From positions 1 through 26,970 of the forward strand of contig JBJHCF010000058.1 of assembly GCA_050506795.1 (NCBI GenBank): a stretch of 26,970 nt of DNA. Direction: 5' to 3'. Position numbers and translations under genes: made by a program. The stretch's first letter is position 1, and each line of letters begins with the position of its first letter. This document shows positions 25,007-26,970 of this stretch, one piece after another. This DNA is from Opitutia bacterium. GTDB lineage: Bacteria; Verrucomicrobiota; Verrucomicrobiia; Opitutales; T3Sed10-336. A model generated the notes under the pieces. That model was given only the letters and a program-made list of their open reading frames with translations. It was not told where the DNA came from and searched no databases.

Positions 25007-26158
25007 ATGGCATATTTGAAGCGATTCTTGCAAGTTTCGTCCGATCATTTTTTTCTACTGGGTCCCCGAGGCACGGGAAAGACGTTGTGGACCCGGCACC
25101 GGTTCCCGGACGCCCTGCGGATCGATCTGCTGGATCCCGCCGTTCATCGGGAATTGGTCGCCCGGCCGGAACGGCTGGTTGAGTTGGTCGCGGGTAACCG
25201 TCATAAGAAACAGATTGTCCTGGATGAAGTGCAGAAGCTGCCGGAATTACTGGAGGTCGTGCATGCCTTGATCGAGAAAAAATCCGGGCAGCAGTTTGTT
25301 TTGACGGGCTCCAGCGCTCGAAAGCTGAGGCGCGCCGGGGTGAACTTACTGGGCGGACGGGCGGTCCAGCGAACCCTTCACCCGTATATGGCGACCGAAC
25401 TGGGGAAGGCATTTGATCTGTCCAAAGCACTGCATCAGGGGATGTTGCCGGTGGTATGGGGTGCGCGGGACCCTTCGGCAACGGTGCAGGCCTATAATGG
25501 GCTTTACCTGCGCGAGGAGGTGCAAATGGAGGGCCTCGTCCGGGACGTGGGAGCTTTCGCCCGATTCCTGGAAGCCATGAGCTTTTCGCACGCCGCCGTA
25601 TTGAACCTCAGCAATGTTTCCCGCGAGTGCCAGGTCAAGCGAAAGACCTGCGAAGGCTATCTTGAAATTCTCGAAGACCTGTTGCTTGGATTCCGGCTGG
25701 AAGTCTTTTCGAAAAAGGCGCAACGCGAATTGGCGGCCCATCCGAAGTTTTATTTCTTCGACACTGGAGTCTTCCGGGCGAACCGCCCCACCGGTCCGCT
25801 GGACGCTCCGGAAGAGATAGACGGCGCCGCGTTGGAGGGTCTCGTGGCTCAGCATCTTCGGGCGTGGTGCGATTATTCAAAGGGAAAACACACGCTTTCC
25901 TACTGGCAAACACGCTCAAGAGTCGAGGTGGACTTCGTGATTTACGGGAAATCCGGCATCTATGCGATCGAAGTCAAGAACGCCTCCAAAATACGCCCGG
26001 CCGATTTGCGGCCGCTCAAGGCTTTTGCTGAGGACTATCCCAAGTGTCGACGCATCTTCCTTTATCGTGGCTCCGAGCGATTCGTGCGGGACGACATTCT
26101 TTGCCTGCCTTGCGGGGATTTTCTCCAGGATCTGCGACCGGGCGAAATCCCGGGGTGA
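25007..26158 (+). CDS. AAA-family ATPase with C-terminal DUF4143/PD-(D/E)xK-like domain
   Basis: Walker A GPRGTGKT, Walker B LDEVQK, LTGSSARKL, LLGGRA, PKFYFFDTG and YWQT....EVDFV....AIEVK. ATG 25007, with TTGACA at 24968-24973 upstream. Confidence 0.92.
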   Translation: MAYLKRFLQVSSDHFFLLGPRGTGKTLWTRHRFPDALRIDLLDPAVHRELVARPERLVELVAGNRHKKQIVLDEVQKLPELLEVVHALIEKKSGQQFVLTGSSARKLRRAGVNLLGGRAVQRTLHPYMATELGKAFDLSKALHQGMLPVVWGARDPSATVQAYNGLYLREEVQMEGLVRDVGAFARFLEAMSFSHAAVLNLSNVSRECQVKRKTCEGYLEILEDLLLGFRLEVFSKKAQRELAAHPKFYFFDTGVFRANRPTGPLDAPEEIDGAALEGLVAQHLRAWCDYSKGKHTLSYWQTRSRVEVDFVIYGKSGIYAIEVKNASKIRPADLRPLKAFAEDYPKCRRIFLYRGSERFVRDDILCLPCGDFLQDLRPGEIPG

Positions 26159-26844
26159 CCGCACATGGATCTGCGGGCCGCCCGTACGACGTCTTGAGTA
26201 TTGACAACACAGCGAGTTCTTCCGCCGTCAAACCGGCAGAAGCTCGTGATGGCGTTTCAAGAATCACGATTCCGGCGCGAATCCTTCGGGCGACGCAGTT
26301 TTCTTTCCTTCGAAGCGAAGAAAGTTGTCGCGTAGGCTGTCCAGACCTGGGGGAGGCAAATGGGGTCAGTCCAAGTTTGCTTCGCCATCTCCACTTCGTT
26401 TCGTCCATGTTTTCGACCCCCGAAATAGGGCACCTGCACTGTTTGGGTTTCTCGTCTTGGAAGAATGCTTTTGCGAATCGATTCTGAGATTCCGCGAGTC
26501 ATGCCTCGTGATCGAGAGCGGCGTTCCCGGAGGTGCTGGCACTCTCAGGGCGCTGAGGGCGTGGGATGCGATGTCCAAAAGGGCTTCTCCCCTTACTCCA
26601 TCGGATCGACCCAAGGATTGAACCTCTGCTATGGAAAATGCCAGGATAAAAATGACTGCTCCGGATCTTTAGTGTGGCAGCTAAACACCGGAATGACAAC
26701 GTGTTTTGTTGTAGATCTCGCCAGGGTACATTACTCGTTAATCAGTGAAGTTTTCTGTTGCTTTACACTTTTTCGACACGATGAGTCCAAATTCCGTCTC
26801 CTTTCGAATTCCCATGCACCTCGCCCGGGACAGCCTTTAAAATT

Positions 26845-26970
26845 GCCTCTTCAGAAAAATTCGTGGGCGGTTTCCGGTTCGGGAAGGTCCCCCATGTTGT
26901 GATATAAGGCGGTTTCAACGGCGTTGAAGGTGCGAAATCCGTAGGCTTTTCTGGTAGCCAGATTTACTTT
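26845..26970 (-). mobile_element. Right end of an ISL3-family insertion sequence (runs off the window)
   Basis: Terminal GCCTCTTC at 26845 overlaps the transposase stop and abuts an AT-rich target-like sequence (TTAAAATT, 26837-26844). Confidence 0.8.
26851..26970 (-). CDS. ISL3-family transposase, C-terminal 39 aa (partial)
   Basis: Minus-strand translation KVNLATRKAYGFRTFNAVETALYHNMGDLPEPETAHEFF*; R.AYGFR...ALYH..G.LPEP is an ISL3 C-terminal signature. Confidence 0.85.
   Translation of the reverse strand, partial: KVNLATRKAYGFRTFNAVETALYHNMGDLPEPETAHEFF

Overview
GC-rich bacterial DNA whose gene types suggest Verrucomicrobiota/PVC (a prepilin-type H-X9-DG protein and a PVC-style C-terminal domain); this assignment is inference. 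The left half (1-12.3 kb) is mostly core genes: prepilin-like protein, GH43 hydrolase, CapD/PglF-type dehydratase, argS, a thymidine/pyrimidine-nucleoside phosphorylase homologue, efp, proC, cstA and tRNA-Cys(GCA). The right half is patchy accessory DNA: a truncated alpha/beta hydrolase, a Tat-exported aldo/keto reductase, a 7-repeat beta-propeller, a DUF2235 hydrolase, a PL8 lyase, a four-helix-bundle (IVP/Avd-like) gene, an SRAP protein, two PIN-domain TA pairs, an RmlD-like SDR coupled to a LipM/LplA-like gene, an AAA/DUF4143 ATPase, an IS481 relic and the end of an ISL3 element. Three observations stand out. (1) The phosphorylase has lost key active-site residues (DKH->DKY; RGLGHTG->ADEDFVI). 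(2) EF-P has a non-canonical QGRG/Arg32 tip. (3) AT-rich heptamer arrays flank and invade the four-helix-bundle gene, and related arrays form a separate inverted-repeat element directly after a stop codon. No complete novel system can be proven from the sequence alone.
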